The notes: generated by a model not told the origin, from the sequence alone. A stretch of DNA of 64,000 bases from Glaucostegus cemiculus (GCA_976551045.1 CDPCPM010000448.1:1798001-1862000), one strand, 5' to 3'; shown: positions 24,661-37,770, numbered from the stretch's first letter. Translations and numbers: made by a program.

Positions 24661-26749
24661 TGACTCATTACCTTACCCTCTTGAGTTTAACTTGGAAGTA
24701 AGAATTCTGATTTACCTATTTTCTCTCTGAGCGCTTCAGACAGCTACTTTATAGGCTAATAAACTCAGTTTCTCTAGATATTCCTGATAAAATGGGCATC
24801 GTTCTTGAGGCACTTCCCTATACTACTACTGATGCTTGACTGCTATCCCTCATGTTTTCTTTCTGCCTCTAAAGAAGGACATTATATCCAAAATCTGAAG
24901 TATTTACCCTTTGTGGAAAAAAAGCAGAGATCACTTGTGCAGAGATGTCAGCATGTGGGCTTATGGTCAGCAACACCAACAAATTTAAGTGAAAAGCTGT
25001 ATTTAAGAGTGATGCATCAAAATAGATTTCATGTTTAATTACAGATAAGTGGCTGTCAATCCTAATAAATGACATTTACCAGTTTTTCCTGAATGATCAG
25101 TGAACTCCAGCATTTGGTCTGACAAGGATCCCATGTTGTTTCTGGTTCCAAGACTAATAAATAGACCAGTGTTGTGGGAATCTACTATGAGGAAATTAAA
25201 TTTGTAAGCCAAGAAAGAGACAGAAAGCTTAAATTGACATTGGCCTTTCACAGTTTTTCCAACTCTGAATCTGATCCTTCTAATAAACCTGGTAAAGAGA
25301 CCTTTAATTATATACAACCTCAATTACTGCGGCTGTCTCTTCCTCTGTTACAATGCTTCTTTTAGTTTTTTTTAAAAGAGGGCTGGAGCTGCACCAGTAT
25401 TTAATATTGCTGAGTTTAATTGGATTGGTACTTTGTGGCCCCTGGCTAATTACCGTGGCAATACATTCCCAGCAGAAATACCCACATGTTGCTAGTTCAA
25501 TTCTTAGCTTCATCGTGGGTTGGGCTACAGTGTGAGTTTCTGACAGCCACAAAGTGGTAGATGCTCTGTTCGAAATTAGTAATTAGGCAGTCTGTGCTCC
25601 AGTCACACTTGCGTGAGTCTTGGGATAAGGCAATTTTTTTTCTCAGCTCTTCTAACCTGCTCATTCATCTAATCGGTCGATTTCTTGCAGACTGATTTAA
25701 TTCTCTTTTAAGCGCAGTCTATACTTCATCCAGTGATGTACATTATGGTTGTTCAACTTTTTAATAGCCAATACTGTTAAACACTATAAGGTCTCCTTCG
25801 TTCACACAATTACTAATACCATGATCAAGAGGATCGTCACATATCTTTCTTACTTTTTTATTCCCTTTCCATTTCCAAAAACTAATTAGCAATCGTTCCT
25901 TCCCCTACACCTATGTTTTAATTATGAAGATATAATTAATGCTTTTGACAAAATCCATGGAAACTCAAAGCATAGAACAGGCTCACTGGGACGGAAGGGT
26001 GAGACTAGTCTGTGAATAATAATCATAAGGACAATCTTGCTTGCAACAATGAAATATCATATAGTCTGTCGTCAAAAACTTCCCAACTTACCTACGCAAG
26101 TTAGAAATAATACAAAATAATAACACATCATACAAACATTTTTCAGTACAATTATTACAAATTAAGCACAGCACTGATCATGTACGTACTAATTCAAAGT
26201 GATATATCAATACATACACATTTCCTTGCATTTTTGCTCCATTCTTAAGCTACATTCATTGAAACTCTCTCCTCTCATAACCTATTTGCATAACTGCACC
26301 TCATGTAAAAGACCAGCCAAGGTGAAGTACCTGTAGTTACCCCAAATTTTATGGATGGGTTAATTCAAAGTTATGCGACATTAGCAGAATTGAAATTGCT
26401 GGTGTAAAAACAGACACTATTCATCATCAGAATATTGAAAGCTTGCAGGTATAATGGTTCAGAATGCAATTGTAGCTTCAAATCTCAGGGCTATACAAGG
26501 GATGAAAAAAGTCTACTCACCCTGCTAGAAGTGAGTTCCAGTTCCACTCCTAGCTCCCAGTCACATCTGGATCCCGATGCCTGCTCACTTGCCCATTCAA
26601 GATCTGAGACCTATCTTGTGCCCCATGTATATATGAATAATATCTCTTATATTCTATATCTCATATATTTCCTGATGACCTAGGAGGAGGCAAATCAGAT
26701 CATTCCCCAACATTTCCCTGCACCCATTAACTTCCCACTGATTCTCCTC

Positions 26750-26992
26750 CTACCTACCAAGACTAGAGGCAAGTAACAATAGGCAACCAACATACCATCA
26801 CACCTTCGGGATGTGGAACAAAACCAGAACGTCCATCTGAAATTCACATTATTGCACAAAGAACATTTAAAACACCACACAGGTCAAGGTGAAGTACCAG
26901 CCAAGTACCTGATCTTGCACTCAAGGTCAGGATCAAACCCAGATCACTGGAGCTGTGCAGTAGCAGCCCAAGCCAATGTGCCACTGTGCCAC
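26750..26992 (-). mobile_element. Decayed tRNA-derived V-SINE (HE1-like)
   Basis: Minus strand begins TGGCACAGTGGCACATTGG with B-box-like GGTTTGATCCTGA. Carries the degenerate V-domain end GGTTTTGTTCCACATCCCGAAG. Confidence 0.65.
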
Positions 26993-27160
26993 AATCAGGT
27001 GGCTTTTATCTGCTTAGTTCATGCAAATACATCCAATCCAGTACATGTTTTAACCCAAATTTTAGATGAAGCACGGCCAGCATTTACTGTACATCACTGA
27101 TTGCCCTCTATTAGTTGGTAATGAAATCCCTTCTTGAATCGCCGTCTTTGGCAAAGGTAC

Positions 27161-27320
27161 TGCGCAGGCGCGGCGCGGGCAGCTTAAAAAGGCAACCGGC
27201 CTATAGAGCGGGCAGCGTCGGAGCGGGCAGCGGAGTGACCTGGGCTTAGGCTTGAGGGGCTTCGGCGAGAAGGGGCAAGGAGAGTAAGTTAGTATCTGGT
27301 AATTAGAAGGAGGTAAGGTT
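27161..27320 (+). promoter_or_regulatory. Putative internal promoter / 5' UTR of the CR1
   Basis: The most CpG-dense patch in the window. NRF1-like TGCGCAGGCGCG at 27161-27172, repeated GCGGGCAGC, and donor-like GTAAGT (27283) and GTAAGG (27312). Confidence 0.55.
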
Positions 27321-27368
27321 TCTTTGTTGCCTACAACAGTTTGTGGGTCCGATTTAGCCAGGTCAAAG

Positions 27369-28343
27369 ATGGACAGTCAGGGGGAGGACAGGCGAGTATG
27401 CTGCAGCTGCTTGATGTGGGAGGTCGTGGACCGTACTGCGGTCCACACTGACTACATCTGCAGCAAGTGTGTGTGGCTGGAGGAACTTCGGCTCAGAGTT
27501 GTTGAGCTGGAGTCGCAGCTGCAGACACTACGCAGCATACGGGAGGGAGAGAGCTATGTAGATACAGTTCATCAGGAGACAGTCACCCCCCTTAGAGCAG
27601 ATTCTTCTGTAGCTCAGGTATCAGACAGAATGGTGACTGTCAGGGGAGAGAAGAGGAAGAAGAAGGCAGACAGGCGGGTAGAGCAGGGCACCCTGGGGGC
27701 TGTTCCCCTCAGTAACAGGTTTTCAACTTTGGAAACTGTGGAGGGGGATAGACTGCAGGGACCAAGCACTAGTACCCAGGTCACTGGCACCTTGACCAGT
27801 ACTACTGCTCAGATGGGGATGAAGGTGAAGAGTAATGCAGTGGTGATAGGGGACTCGATAGTCAGGGAAACAGATAGGAGATTCTGTGGAAGTGATCATG
27901 AATACCGGATGGTATGTTGCCTCCCTGGTGCCAGGGTCCAGGATATTACTGATCGGGTTCCCAGGATTCTCAATCGGGAGGGAGAGCAGCCAGTAGTCAT
28001 GGTTCATGTTGGTACCAACGACATAGGTAGAAAGAGGGATGAGGTCCTGCAAAGGGAGTTCAGGGAGCTAGGCAGTAAGCTGAAGACCAGGACCTCAAGG
28101 GTAGTAATCTCTGGATTACTCCCGGTGCCACGTGATAGGAAAGTTAGGAACAGGGAGAGGAGGCAGTTAAATACGTGGCTGAGAGAGTGGTGCAGGGCAG
28201 AGGGATTTAGATTTTTGGATAATTGGGATCTCTTCTGGGGAAGGTGGAACCTGTACAGAGAGGACAGGTTACACCCCAACCGGTGGGGGGCAAATATCCT
28301 GGCAACACGGTATGCTTGGTTGGTTGATGAGTGTTTAAACTAG
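27369..28343 (+). CDS. CR1 ORF1p: zinc finger/leucine zipper plus SGNH esterase
   Basis: CCSCLMW...YICSKC, heptad LRLRVVELESQL, GDSIVR, LPGA, HVGTND and DRLH. Open from ATG 27369 (ORF track start 27324 is TTG). Confidence 0.93.
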   Translation: MDSQGEDRRVCCSCLMWEVVDRTAVHTDYICSKCVWLEELRLRVVELESQLQTLRSIREGESYVDTVHQETVTPLRADSSVAQVSDRMVTVRGEKRKKKADRRVEQGTLGAVPLSNRFSTLETVEGDRLQGPSTSTQVTGTLTSTTAQMGMKVKSNAVVIGDSIVRETDRRFCGSDHEYRMVCCLPGARVQDITDRVPRILNREGEQPVVMVHVGTNDIGRKRDEVLQREFRELGSKLKTRTSRVVISGLLPVPRDRKVRNRERRQLNTWLREWCRAEGFRFLDNWDLFWGRWNLYREDRLHPNRWGANILATRYAWLVDECLN

Positions 28344-28348
28344 TTGGG

Positions 28349-31300
28349 ATGGGGGTTGGGAACCAGGAGGGCTGGTCAGAGGATGTAGGGATTACAGAAA
28401 AGGCAGATCTGACAAATGGAGTTGCTTTGAGGAAGGAGAAGCAGTGTACAGGCAGTAATAGTAAAAAGGTGGATAAACTGAACAGGCAAGGCAAGGGAAA
28501 CCAACTTGGCTTAAAGGAGGAGGTATGCAGGATCAAGTCGACGTGTACTGAAGATGGAGAGGAGTTGCATCGAGCAGGTGGTGAGGCTTTGGGGAGGGAG
28601 GGGCAGGTTGAAGGCTATAAAAGGGTTAAAGTGGATGGGTTAAAGTGTGTTTACTTTAATGCGAGAAGTGTTAGGAATAAGGGTGATGAATTGAGGGCTT
28701 GGATAGGTATGGGGGATTATGATATTGTAGCCATAACTGAGACGTGGCTGTCGTCAGGGCAGGAGTGGGTATTGAACATTCCTGGTTTTCAGTGTTTTAA
28801 AAAGGATAGGGAGGGGGGGAGAAGAGGAGGAGGGGTGGCGATATTGGTCAGGGATGATGTTACGGCTGCGGAAAGGGCTGAGTTTGCGGAAGGATCCTCT
28901 TTCGAGTCAATGTGGGTGGAAGTGAGGAATAGGAAAAGTGTGGTTACGCTGCTGGGAGTATACTATAGGCCCCCAGGTAGCAGTAGGGATATAGAGGAGC
29001 AGATTGGCAGGCAGTGCTTGGACAGAAGCAAAGATAATAGGGTTATAATAATGGGTGATTTCAACTTCCCAAATATAGACTGGGACATGCTCAGTGCCAG
29101 AGGTTTGGATGGGAATGAGTTTGTTAAGTGTGTCCAGGATGGATTTCTGGAGCAGTATGTTGACAAACCGACTAGAGGGAATGCTGTGTTGGATCTGGTT
29201 TTAGGAAATGAACCGGGACAGGTGAGAGATCTACTAGTGGGTGAGCCTCTGGGAGACAGTGATCATTCCTTGATAAGCTTTAGAATTGTCATGGACAGGC
29301 ATAGGTGCAGGGAGCGTAGGAAGATATTCAATTGGGGTAGGGCAGACTATGAGGCTATAAGGAAAGAGCTTGGGAGTGTAAATTGGGAAGTCCTTTTTGA
29401 GGGGATGTGTACTGTAGAGATGTGGACGTTGTTCAGGGATGTTTTACAGGATGTTAGGGACAGATATGTTCCGACAAGACGGAGGAAGAATGGAATAGTG
29501 AAGGAACCGTGGGTGACAAGAGAGGTGGAAAGACTGGTTAGGAGGAAGAAGGAGGCTTACGTAAGGTGTAAGCGGCAAGGCTCTGATGTGGCCCGTGAGG
29601 AGTATAGTATAGTGAGAAGGGAACTTAAGAAAGAGCTGAGGAGAGCTAGAAGGGGACATGAAAAGATGTTGGCTCGTAGGGTTAAGGAAAATCCCAAGGC
29701 TTTTTTCTCTTATGTGAAGGGCAGAAGGATGACTAGGGTAAAGGTAGGTCCTATTAAGGACAAAGGTGGGAGGATGTGCCTGGAGGCGGCAGAGGTAGGG
29801 GAGGTACTAAATGAATACTTCTCCTCTGTATTCACCAAGGAGAGGGGCCTTGATGATGTGACGGTGAGTGCTGACAAGGGTAATGTTCTTGAGTATGTAG
29901 CTATAGAGAGGGAGGAGGTGATGAAATTGTTAAGTAGTATCAAGACTGATAAGTCTCCGGGGCCTGATGGAATATTCCCCAGGCTGCTTCGGGAGGCGAG
30001 GGAGGAGATTGTTGATCCGCTGGTGAGGATCTTTGAGTCCTCGTTGTCCACGGGGATGGTGCCGGAGGATTGGCGGGTAGCGGATGTTGTTCCCTTGTTT
30101 AAGAAGGGCAGTAGAGATAGTCCGGGAAATTACAGACCGGTGAGTCTCACGTCTGTGGTAGGTAAGCTGTTGGAAAGGATTTTGAGGGACAGGATCTATG
30201 AGCACTTGGAGAGTCATGGACTGATTAGGGACAGTCAGCATGGCTTTGTGAAGGGAAGATCTTGCCTCACGAGCCTGATAGAGTTCTTTGAGGAGGTGAC
30301 GAGGAAGCTTGATGAGGGCAGGGCGGTGGATGTAGTGTATATGGATTTTTAGTAAGGCGTTCGATAAGGTTCCTCATGGCAGGCTTCTTCAGAAGGTCAG
30401 AGGTCGAGGTATCCAGGGGAGGTTGGCTGTGTGGATAAGAAATTGGCTTTCCTGTAGAAGGCAGAGGGTTATGGTGGAGGGAGTGCCCTCGGATTGGAGG
30501 GCTGTGACTAGTGGAGTCCCGCAGGGATCGGTTCTGGGGCCTCTACTCTTTGTTATATTCATAGATGATTTGGATGAAGGAGTGGAGGGATGGGTTGGTA
30601 AGTTTGCAGATGACACCAAGATCGGTGGTGTGGTAGATAGTGTGGAGGACTGTAAGAGCTTACAGGGGGATATTGATAGGATGCAGAACTGGGCTGACAG
30701 GTGGCAGATGGAGTTTAATCCGGAGAAGTGTGAGGTGGTGCACTTTGGGAGGACAAACTCCAGGACAGAGTATAAGGTAAATGGTAAGGTTCTTGGCAGT
30801 GTAGAGGAGCAGAGGGATCTGGGGGTTCATATCCACAGTTCACTCAAAGTTGCCTCGCAAGTGGATAGGGCTGTTAAGAAGGCATATGGGATGTTGGCTT
30901 TTATAAATAAAGAGATTGAGTTCAAGAGCAGAGAGGTGATGATGCTGCTTTACAAAACTCTAGTTAGGCCGCACTTGGAATATTGTGTTCAGTTCTGGTC
31001 GCCGCATTATAGGAAGGATGTGGAGGTGTTGGAGAGGGTGCAGAGGCGTTTTACCAGGATGATGCCTGGATTGGAGGGTATGGAATATAAAGAGAGGCTT
31101 AAGGTGCTAGGGCTCTACTCATTAGAGAGGAGGAGGATGAGAGGGGACTTGATAGAGGTGTTTAAGATATTGAGAGGAATAGATAGAGTTAATAGTCAGC
31201 GCCTCTTTCCCAGAGCGCAGATGCTAAAGACGAGAGGGCATGCCTTTAAGATAATTGGTGGAAAGTATAGGGGAGATGTCAGAGGGAAGTTTTTCACCCA

Positions 31301-31433
31301 GAGAGTGGTTGGTGCATGGAATGCACTGCCTGGGGTGGTAGTGGAGGCAGATACGTTGGACAGGTTTAAGAGATTGTTAGATAAGCACATGGAAGAATGT
31401 GGAATAGTAGGATATGAGGGTGGAAAGAGTTAG
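28349..31433 (+). pseudogene. CR1 ORF2p (APE endonuclease + reverse transcriptase) with a single +1 frameshift at 30346-30350
   Basis: YFNARSV, ITETWL, GDFNFP, SDH, KSPGPDG, NYRPVSLTS, YMDF|SKAFDKV, GVPQGSVLGP and FADD. No other disruption seen. Confidence 0.93.
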
Positions 31434-34079
31434 TTTGGGAGATGTTTGTAGGATGGCACAGCTTGATGGGCCGAAGGGCCTGTTCTGTGCTGTATTGTTC
31501 TATTGTTCTATTGTTCTTTCTATTGTACTCACACAATGGCGCTGGGTACAGAGTTCCACTCCTTATATTCTACAATAATAATAATAGAATATTAATACAC
31601 CCCCAGGTCAGGATGGTGTTTGAGTTGGAGGGGAACTTCCAGATGATGGTGTTTCCATGTGCCAGAATACCTGACCTTCTAAATGGTAAAGATTACAGGT
31701 TTATGAGATGCCATCAAACAAGGCTTGACAAGTAATCACAAATGTATTTTTTACCTGGTACATAGCCATGGAACATCTGTGGTGAAGGGGTTGAAATTTT
31801 GGGATGGCTGATAAGATGCTAATTAAGTGGGCTGCTTTATCCTGGGTGATGCTGAGCTTCCTAAAAGTTGTTGGAAATTTCAGTATTCAGGAACGTAGAC
31901 AGTATTCCACTATGATCACTATAGTCCTGCTTTAGAAAAATTAGTGAAACATGTATGGAAGCTAGAAGATAAAGGGAAGGAGAGATTTTTAAAAGGAATT
32001 AAGGAAGAAACCAAGAAGATCCAATCATACAGAAAAAGAAAAAGGGGGGGGACTGAAAAATGTGTAGAGAAAATAGAGGAAGATAAAACTTTAAAGATGG
32101 AGACTTTAAGAACACATTTTTGACTGTGATACATTACATGAGGTCACCATCCTCATGGTTAGGAATAAAGTTAATGTATTGTGAAGATCATGATGCAGTT
32201 TCTCCATGAAAACGGCTTGATCCATAAGTTAGCACTATACATCAATTTGGTTGGATGTTTCTAAATTTGATTCGTCTTCATTGAATAAAGAATGAAAACC
32301 AACATAAAAATTAGTAGGTTAATAGTCTAACACATCAGAAGTTGCAACAAAACACATCTGAGGATCCAACAGTTACAAAACATTGTCAGTTATGAAAGGT
32401 TTGAACTATTTCCAATTTGAGGTTATCTCTCTTTTCAGCTGCATTTAAGTATTGTGAGTGCTGCCTAATGCTTAAACTACTCCAAGGATTTGTTCAAGGC
32501 AATAAGATGTTACACAATATAACTTTAGTGATTATACATATTTTCTTATGCTCCAATTTTCTACCAAAATTTGTTAGATTGTCGTATAATCAGATAATGT
32601 TAAATCCCTAGCTCTCTTCCTTTGCGTCTGTGTGTGCTAGTCCACTGAGAACTCGAACTGACAGGTAACAACTTGCATTGCCTCTTTTACTATAGCTCTT
32701 TTATTTTGTAAATTACTCCATTGGGTTGTACCCACATGGAGAAGGTACATACTTTAATATCCCAGTTTTAAAATCACATGCAAACAGATTGTCTTGTAGA
32801 TATTTTATTTTTCCTCTTAATGTGACATCTCAGAACACCTGTAACCCATTAATTGCTTATAATGTGAACACCTGCAGCATCTTTAAGGGAAGCAGCAATC
32901 TGTTAATTGGCTATTAGCAGGATTCTGCAATACACCTGTAACCTATAAATGGGCTGTTCCTTTGCAAGGAGTCTCCATCATTCAAATCAAAAACATCATG
33001 TGTCAAGTATCTTGCTTTGCACTGAGATGCTAAAGCAGCCCTGCCTGCTTTCAAACTAACCAGCAAAACAACTTCCTCCCCGCTGACCCATTAACAACTT
33101 GCTGTTTCCCACCCCAAGCCAATAAGGCTCAGGCATCAAAATAATTGGTCTGAATCTAGCTTGTTTGGAGATGTGAAGTAAGTAGCATAAAATAAAGTCA
33201 CATTGCTTAACAGCAGAACTATTGTTTCTTTGACACTCAGAAAATATGCCCAAAGTTCTGCAGGAGAGCTCAAAGTCCCCACATTCACAACTACAGAAAA
33301 TGAGACTGACAAGCAAAAACCTATTTAGCATTAAGGAATCTGAAGTGGTCTAGGAGAAAGTGGAAATTTGTGATGAAGGCAGTTACTGCTTATTCAACCA
33401 ACACAAGCTAGGTTGGGTGGTGCAGAAGCTAGTCTAATAACCTAGTAAGGTCAGGCAAATAAGAGAAGATGGCCACATTTTATAAGAATGATAGGCAACA
33501 AACAATTTCCATCAGTAACAGTATTACTTACTTATCTTCAATACCTCCGAGAAAGATTTGTCCCTTAGCCAGCTCTCTCCTGGAATTTCCTCACTTCTTT
33601 TCACTCATTTGCATTCCAGAGTGAAAAGAAAACTCTCCAAATAGTAAGCTGCCTTACAATAAAGCTACAGCAGCACTATTGAGCCAGAAAGCAAATAGAT
33701 GCAATCTGTAACTCTTTGGACCTGCAAAATACTTTCACCTGATCAAACTGAAGTGCTCCATAATATCGCCAACAATTGTCAATGGGATTGAAGATGAAAT
33801 TACTTACACTAGCAACACATCAGCTGTTTGCTTCATGCATCCATGCATAGTTGGTTGACTAATGTTACTCATTCCCTTGTGACAACTTGAAAAAACGTGT
33901 TAACTATAAAAGATCAAGGATGTTTGTAACCCAAATAAGCCACTGACAATGAATTGCTTGTGATGGTGGTGCACTGGAGAACTGCCTGCAGTTTGCGATA
34001 TCAAAATGATTACAGTCTTGAATCAAATATAAAATTCCCATGTTTCAAGATGAAGAGGACGATTTAAAAGTTGGTCCAG

Positions 34080-35140
34080 ACTTTAAAAGGCACAATTGTA
34101 CTTGACAAACTCATACAGTTCTTTAAGGAGGTACTAAATACTACAGAGGGAGAAATGTCAAGACATTAAAACACATGGGAGCTTACTAGAGAAAATGAAA
34201 GAGTATGAATTAGAAATTAATTAGAGGTGGGGGGGGGAAGAATCAGAGTTAAAGGATGTTTCTCCAGAGTGGCATCAGTTCCATTCATTGAATAGTGATT
34301 TGGTGTAGTCCTGAAGAGAATGGTGTCAAAATGTGCAGATCACACCAATATAGGAGGCAAGAGTTTTTCTGTTTTGAAAACAAGATCAAGTTACGAAGTA
34401 ATAGTGATCAGGTGAAGGAATGGGCTAAAATCTGACAGACACCTATGTCCTCTTGTTCAACACATTGCCATTTTTGAAAAAGTAGAAACATACAAGCTAT
34501 GGAAGAACAAAGGGATTTATAGGTGCAATTCAAAGAAAATTTAAGTTAGCACCATTGGTTGATGAGGTTATAACAACAAGAAGGTACAGTGCTAAGTCTT
34601 ATCTTGTGTTATAGAAAATAAAACACAACAAGCAATTATGAGTGTATAATAACCCAAATGAGGCCTCAGTTTGAATACCACATGCAGTATTGGGCTCTAT
34701 ACCATACGAGTTTTTGAGCAGGTACAACAGATTTATCAGGGTAGTATACAACATGAAGAAATGCAAAATAAGTTTCAAGACTAGGGCTTCGTGTGGACAA
34801 CAAGATCTATAATAAAAACATTTAATTATTGTTCGGATATTATCCAATATTTCAATATTTAAAATCAGAAATAGATATACTTCTCATTATGGACTGTAAA
34901 ATTGAAACGCAGCAAATATTGAACAGCAGGTGAACTTGTTCAGAGAGTAGCAAGGCTGTATAGTTTCCTTCTCTGATAAGTGGCTGAAGCCAGAACTAAA
35001 AAAACACTCTCCAGTAGATTGCACAGGTTAATGAAAGGAAGGGACCAGAAGAGAAATGATACTGGATGAGTAAATATGATTAGAATTTTATACTCTTGTG
35101 AAGGGCTAACAGCAACATGGACCGCTTGGGCTGAATAACT
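34080..35140 (+). mobile_element. Very old CR1 remnant
   Basis: Degenerate traces of FFEEV, KFADDTKIGG (AAATGTGCAGATCACACCAATATAGGAGG), VRPQLEY and the 3' GGGCTGAATAACTTGTTTC motif. Confidence 0.5.
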
Positions 35141-36939
35141 TGTTTCCTTTGTGTAAAGTATGTATGAATACTGTTTGTATACAGCATAACTCAGTGGGAG
35201 ATTTTGTAAGCTGAATCTTCTTTGACAAATACAGATGTGTGCCATATACAGATGTGTGCCATACACTAGAGATTTCAGGTTCTAGCAGATGGGTGTTATC
35301 CACTTCTGACCATCTTAATATCTTCATCTGTTCCTCCTCTATTTTCAGACAGCAAAAGTAAAGGCACAAGGAGAATAACTGTGGGGAGTAATACCATCCA
35401 GCTTAAAACTACGCATACACAACAAATGACGTAAATAGTACCATATCAAAAAGATGCAGAAATGGAGTCAGTAGCATGTTTCAAAATTTTGCCATCAAAG
35501 CTGAAGCATATTTTGTCTAATATTTTTCCTCATTTCATAGCAAAAGTGAAATAATGCATGTTAGATAGAAATAACCTAACTGTACTAGATCATGGAGTAA
35601 TTTTCATCTCATTTACATGGAACTATCAAGAAACAGGCAAGTGAAACTAATGGGAAAAATGGCATGGTGCATAAATAAGTGAAGATATGTCACAGAATTC
35701 CACCTAATTTCATGGGTCTGACCAATTTATGGCCATCAGCCATACAGGTCCAAATCTATTATGACCAGCAATTGTCACCTACATTGTGCATTCTGTACTG
35801 CACGGCAATTGACAAATCTGAAGATTCATTTTTTAATTATTTCACAATAACTTTAGCAAGCTTCATTTCTTTTGGCGTCAAACCTTCTTCCAAGGAATCA
35901 TCATGAATCACATCAGAGAGTTAGTTTTCATCCATGGGATATCCTTTCAGAGAGATGGAAGTAAAACTGGAAAGTAAAATGGTTGAATTTGACATAAGAA
36001 AACTCTATGATAATGAAGGACAATTGAATTCCAACAGATAATTTTGGATTTTCAATATGGTCTAACATCAATTATTTTTTTCTTTTACAATTTGGAAGCC
36101 ATATATTTATTACAACTTATTCCAGATGGAAAAACAAACTCAGGCTTAACAATTAATCTACTTATGCAGCATAATTTTTTGCCAAACTGTCGCACAGTTT
36201 GTAATGTCTTACATTATACACTATTCATACAGTCTACCAGTTAATCATGACCAGTGACTGCTCTGGAAAGAATGGAATACATTCCACTCTCTGTTTTGTA
36301 ATTACAACACATTCATTCTCTATTTCAATTACTTATTTTACTCCAGATTGTTTTTATGCGGTTCCTTACTGAGGGGGACTACTGATTACCAACAATAAGC
36401 ATGCAAGTCTTTTGCTTCTCTAAGACTAAGGAGAAACAGGAAGACAATATGTAAATACCACAGTGCTTAATATCATTAACCATGAAGGAAAGAAAACAGC
36501 TCAGGTTGGGGTTGGAAGAATTTGCCGAATAATTGAGGCAATTTACATCCAGTTTGGAGGAGCTAATAATGCCACTATTTTTCTTCTCTGCCAACTCACT
36601 TAGTTTTGTTGTATGTAACATGTTTGAATTCAAATCTTTTGCAGTTACAGCTGCTAGGTTCTAACCAGCTTCAAGCTAAATGGGAAAAATAAATTAAAAG
36701 GGCTTAGCTACTTCTGCACAACATGTCCATTTGTATATATGTGCATACAGCATTTTTTAAATACAATAATCAAAGCCAGACATTGCAGTCTGGTTTTCAA
36801 TTATCAAAATTATCAAGAGACAATTTGGAAAATTATGCCTACTTTTTCAAAACTATATGGGTGGCCACAATGGCAGAGTTAGGTTGGTTGATAATGGAAA
36901 GTGGGAGAATATAAAATTTAACCCACATGACAAGAGCTA

Positions 36940-37770
36940 GGAACAGAGGAATACTATCACACCTAGTCTGAAGGCCTTGTTAAAAACTGCACAACTTATA
37001 GCCTTAAGTAAGGAATATTCAACATGAGCATGCCACAGCAGCACCAGGTCCACCAAACTGTGAAGGACTACATGCACGCAAAGCACTGAAAACAGCATAT
37101 TACAGACAGCCCTAAATGACCCCACAACCACTGCATCAGATCAAAGCTCTTCTGTCCCACCACACCCACTCATAAATGGTGGTGAAAAATTAAACAGCCA
37201 ACGGGAGAAGGAGGTTCTTAAAAAAGCAGACCCCAACATGAAGGTAACAACAGAACTTAAGTATTTGCAACCATCTACAGCCAGAAATTCCAAATGTGTG
37301 ATCCATCTTGGATCTCCTCCTGATAACAAAGCTTCCATCATCACAGAAATCAGTCTTCAGTCAATTCAATTCATTACATGTCAGATCCAGAAACAACTGA
37401 AAGCATTGGATATGTAAAGGCTCTATGACCTGACAATATCCTATTTCCTCTAGCAAAACTATCCACAACTGTATTCTAACAAATGTGTCTTATCCATAAA
37501 AAAAAGAACAAATCCAATATGACCAATTACTGCCCCTAACAATGCTGAACAGCAGGACATACTCACTGATAAACTAATCACTAAACTTAGTCTTGATCTT
37601 TCCAGGAGCACCTGTCATTAGACCTTAATATTTGGTCAATACATAGCCAGATAAGATGAATTCTGCAGTGCACTTTAATAGCTCAAGAAGGTGGACCTCA
37701 GGGGTAATTATGGATGGGTTGCAATTACTGGCAATGTCTGTAAAGTCCACATCTATGAAATAAATAAAGG
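36940..37770 (+). mobile_element. Old LINE (CR1/L2 group) remnant with 3' end
   Basis: Degenerate KALD.(K)A..PDNIP and ANYCP traces. Tail GGGGTAATTATGGATGGG...AATAAATAAA is shared with ~48130 and 59620-59690. Confidence 0.5.

Larger units (their letters stand above)
27161..31524 (+). mobile_element. Full-length young CR1 LINE
   Basis: CpG-rich 5' UTR, ORF1, ORF2, 3' motif GATGGGCCGAAGGGCCTG and (TATTGTTC)n tail. GTAC(T) is duplicated at 27157 and 31525. Confidence 0.96.
27090..31890 (-). mobile_element. Old LINE 3' fragment (CR1/L2 group) split by the full-length CR1
   Basis: 27090-27160 joined to 31525-31890 is colinear with the uninterrupted copy at 60330-60660. Confidence 0.6.

Noticed and set aside
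33532-33721. Possible 190-nt minus-strand exon between the inverted CR1s (circRNA candidate)
   Set aside because: Stops in all three frames, weak pyrimidine tract and weak exonic donor context.
35230-35263. Perfect 17-bp tandem duplication TACAGATGTGTGCCATA
   Set aside because: Ordinary slippage duplication with no evidence of function.
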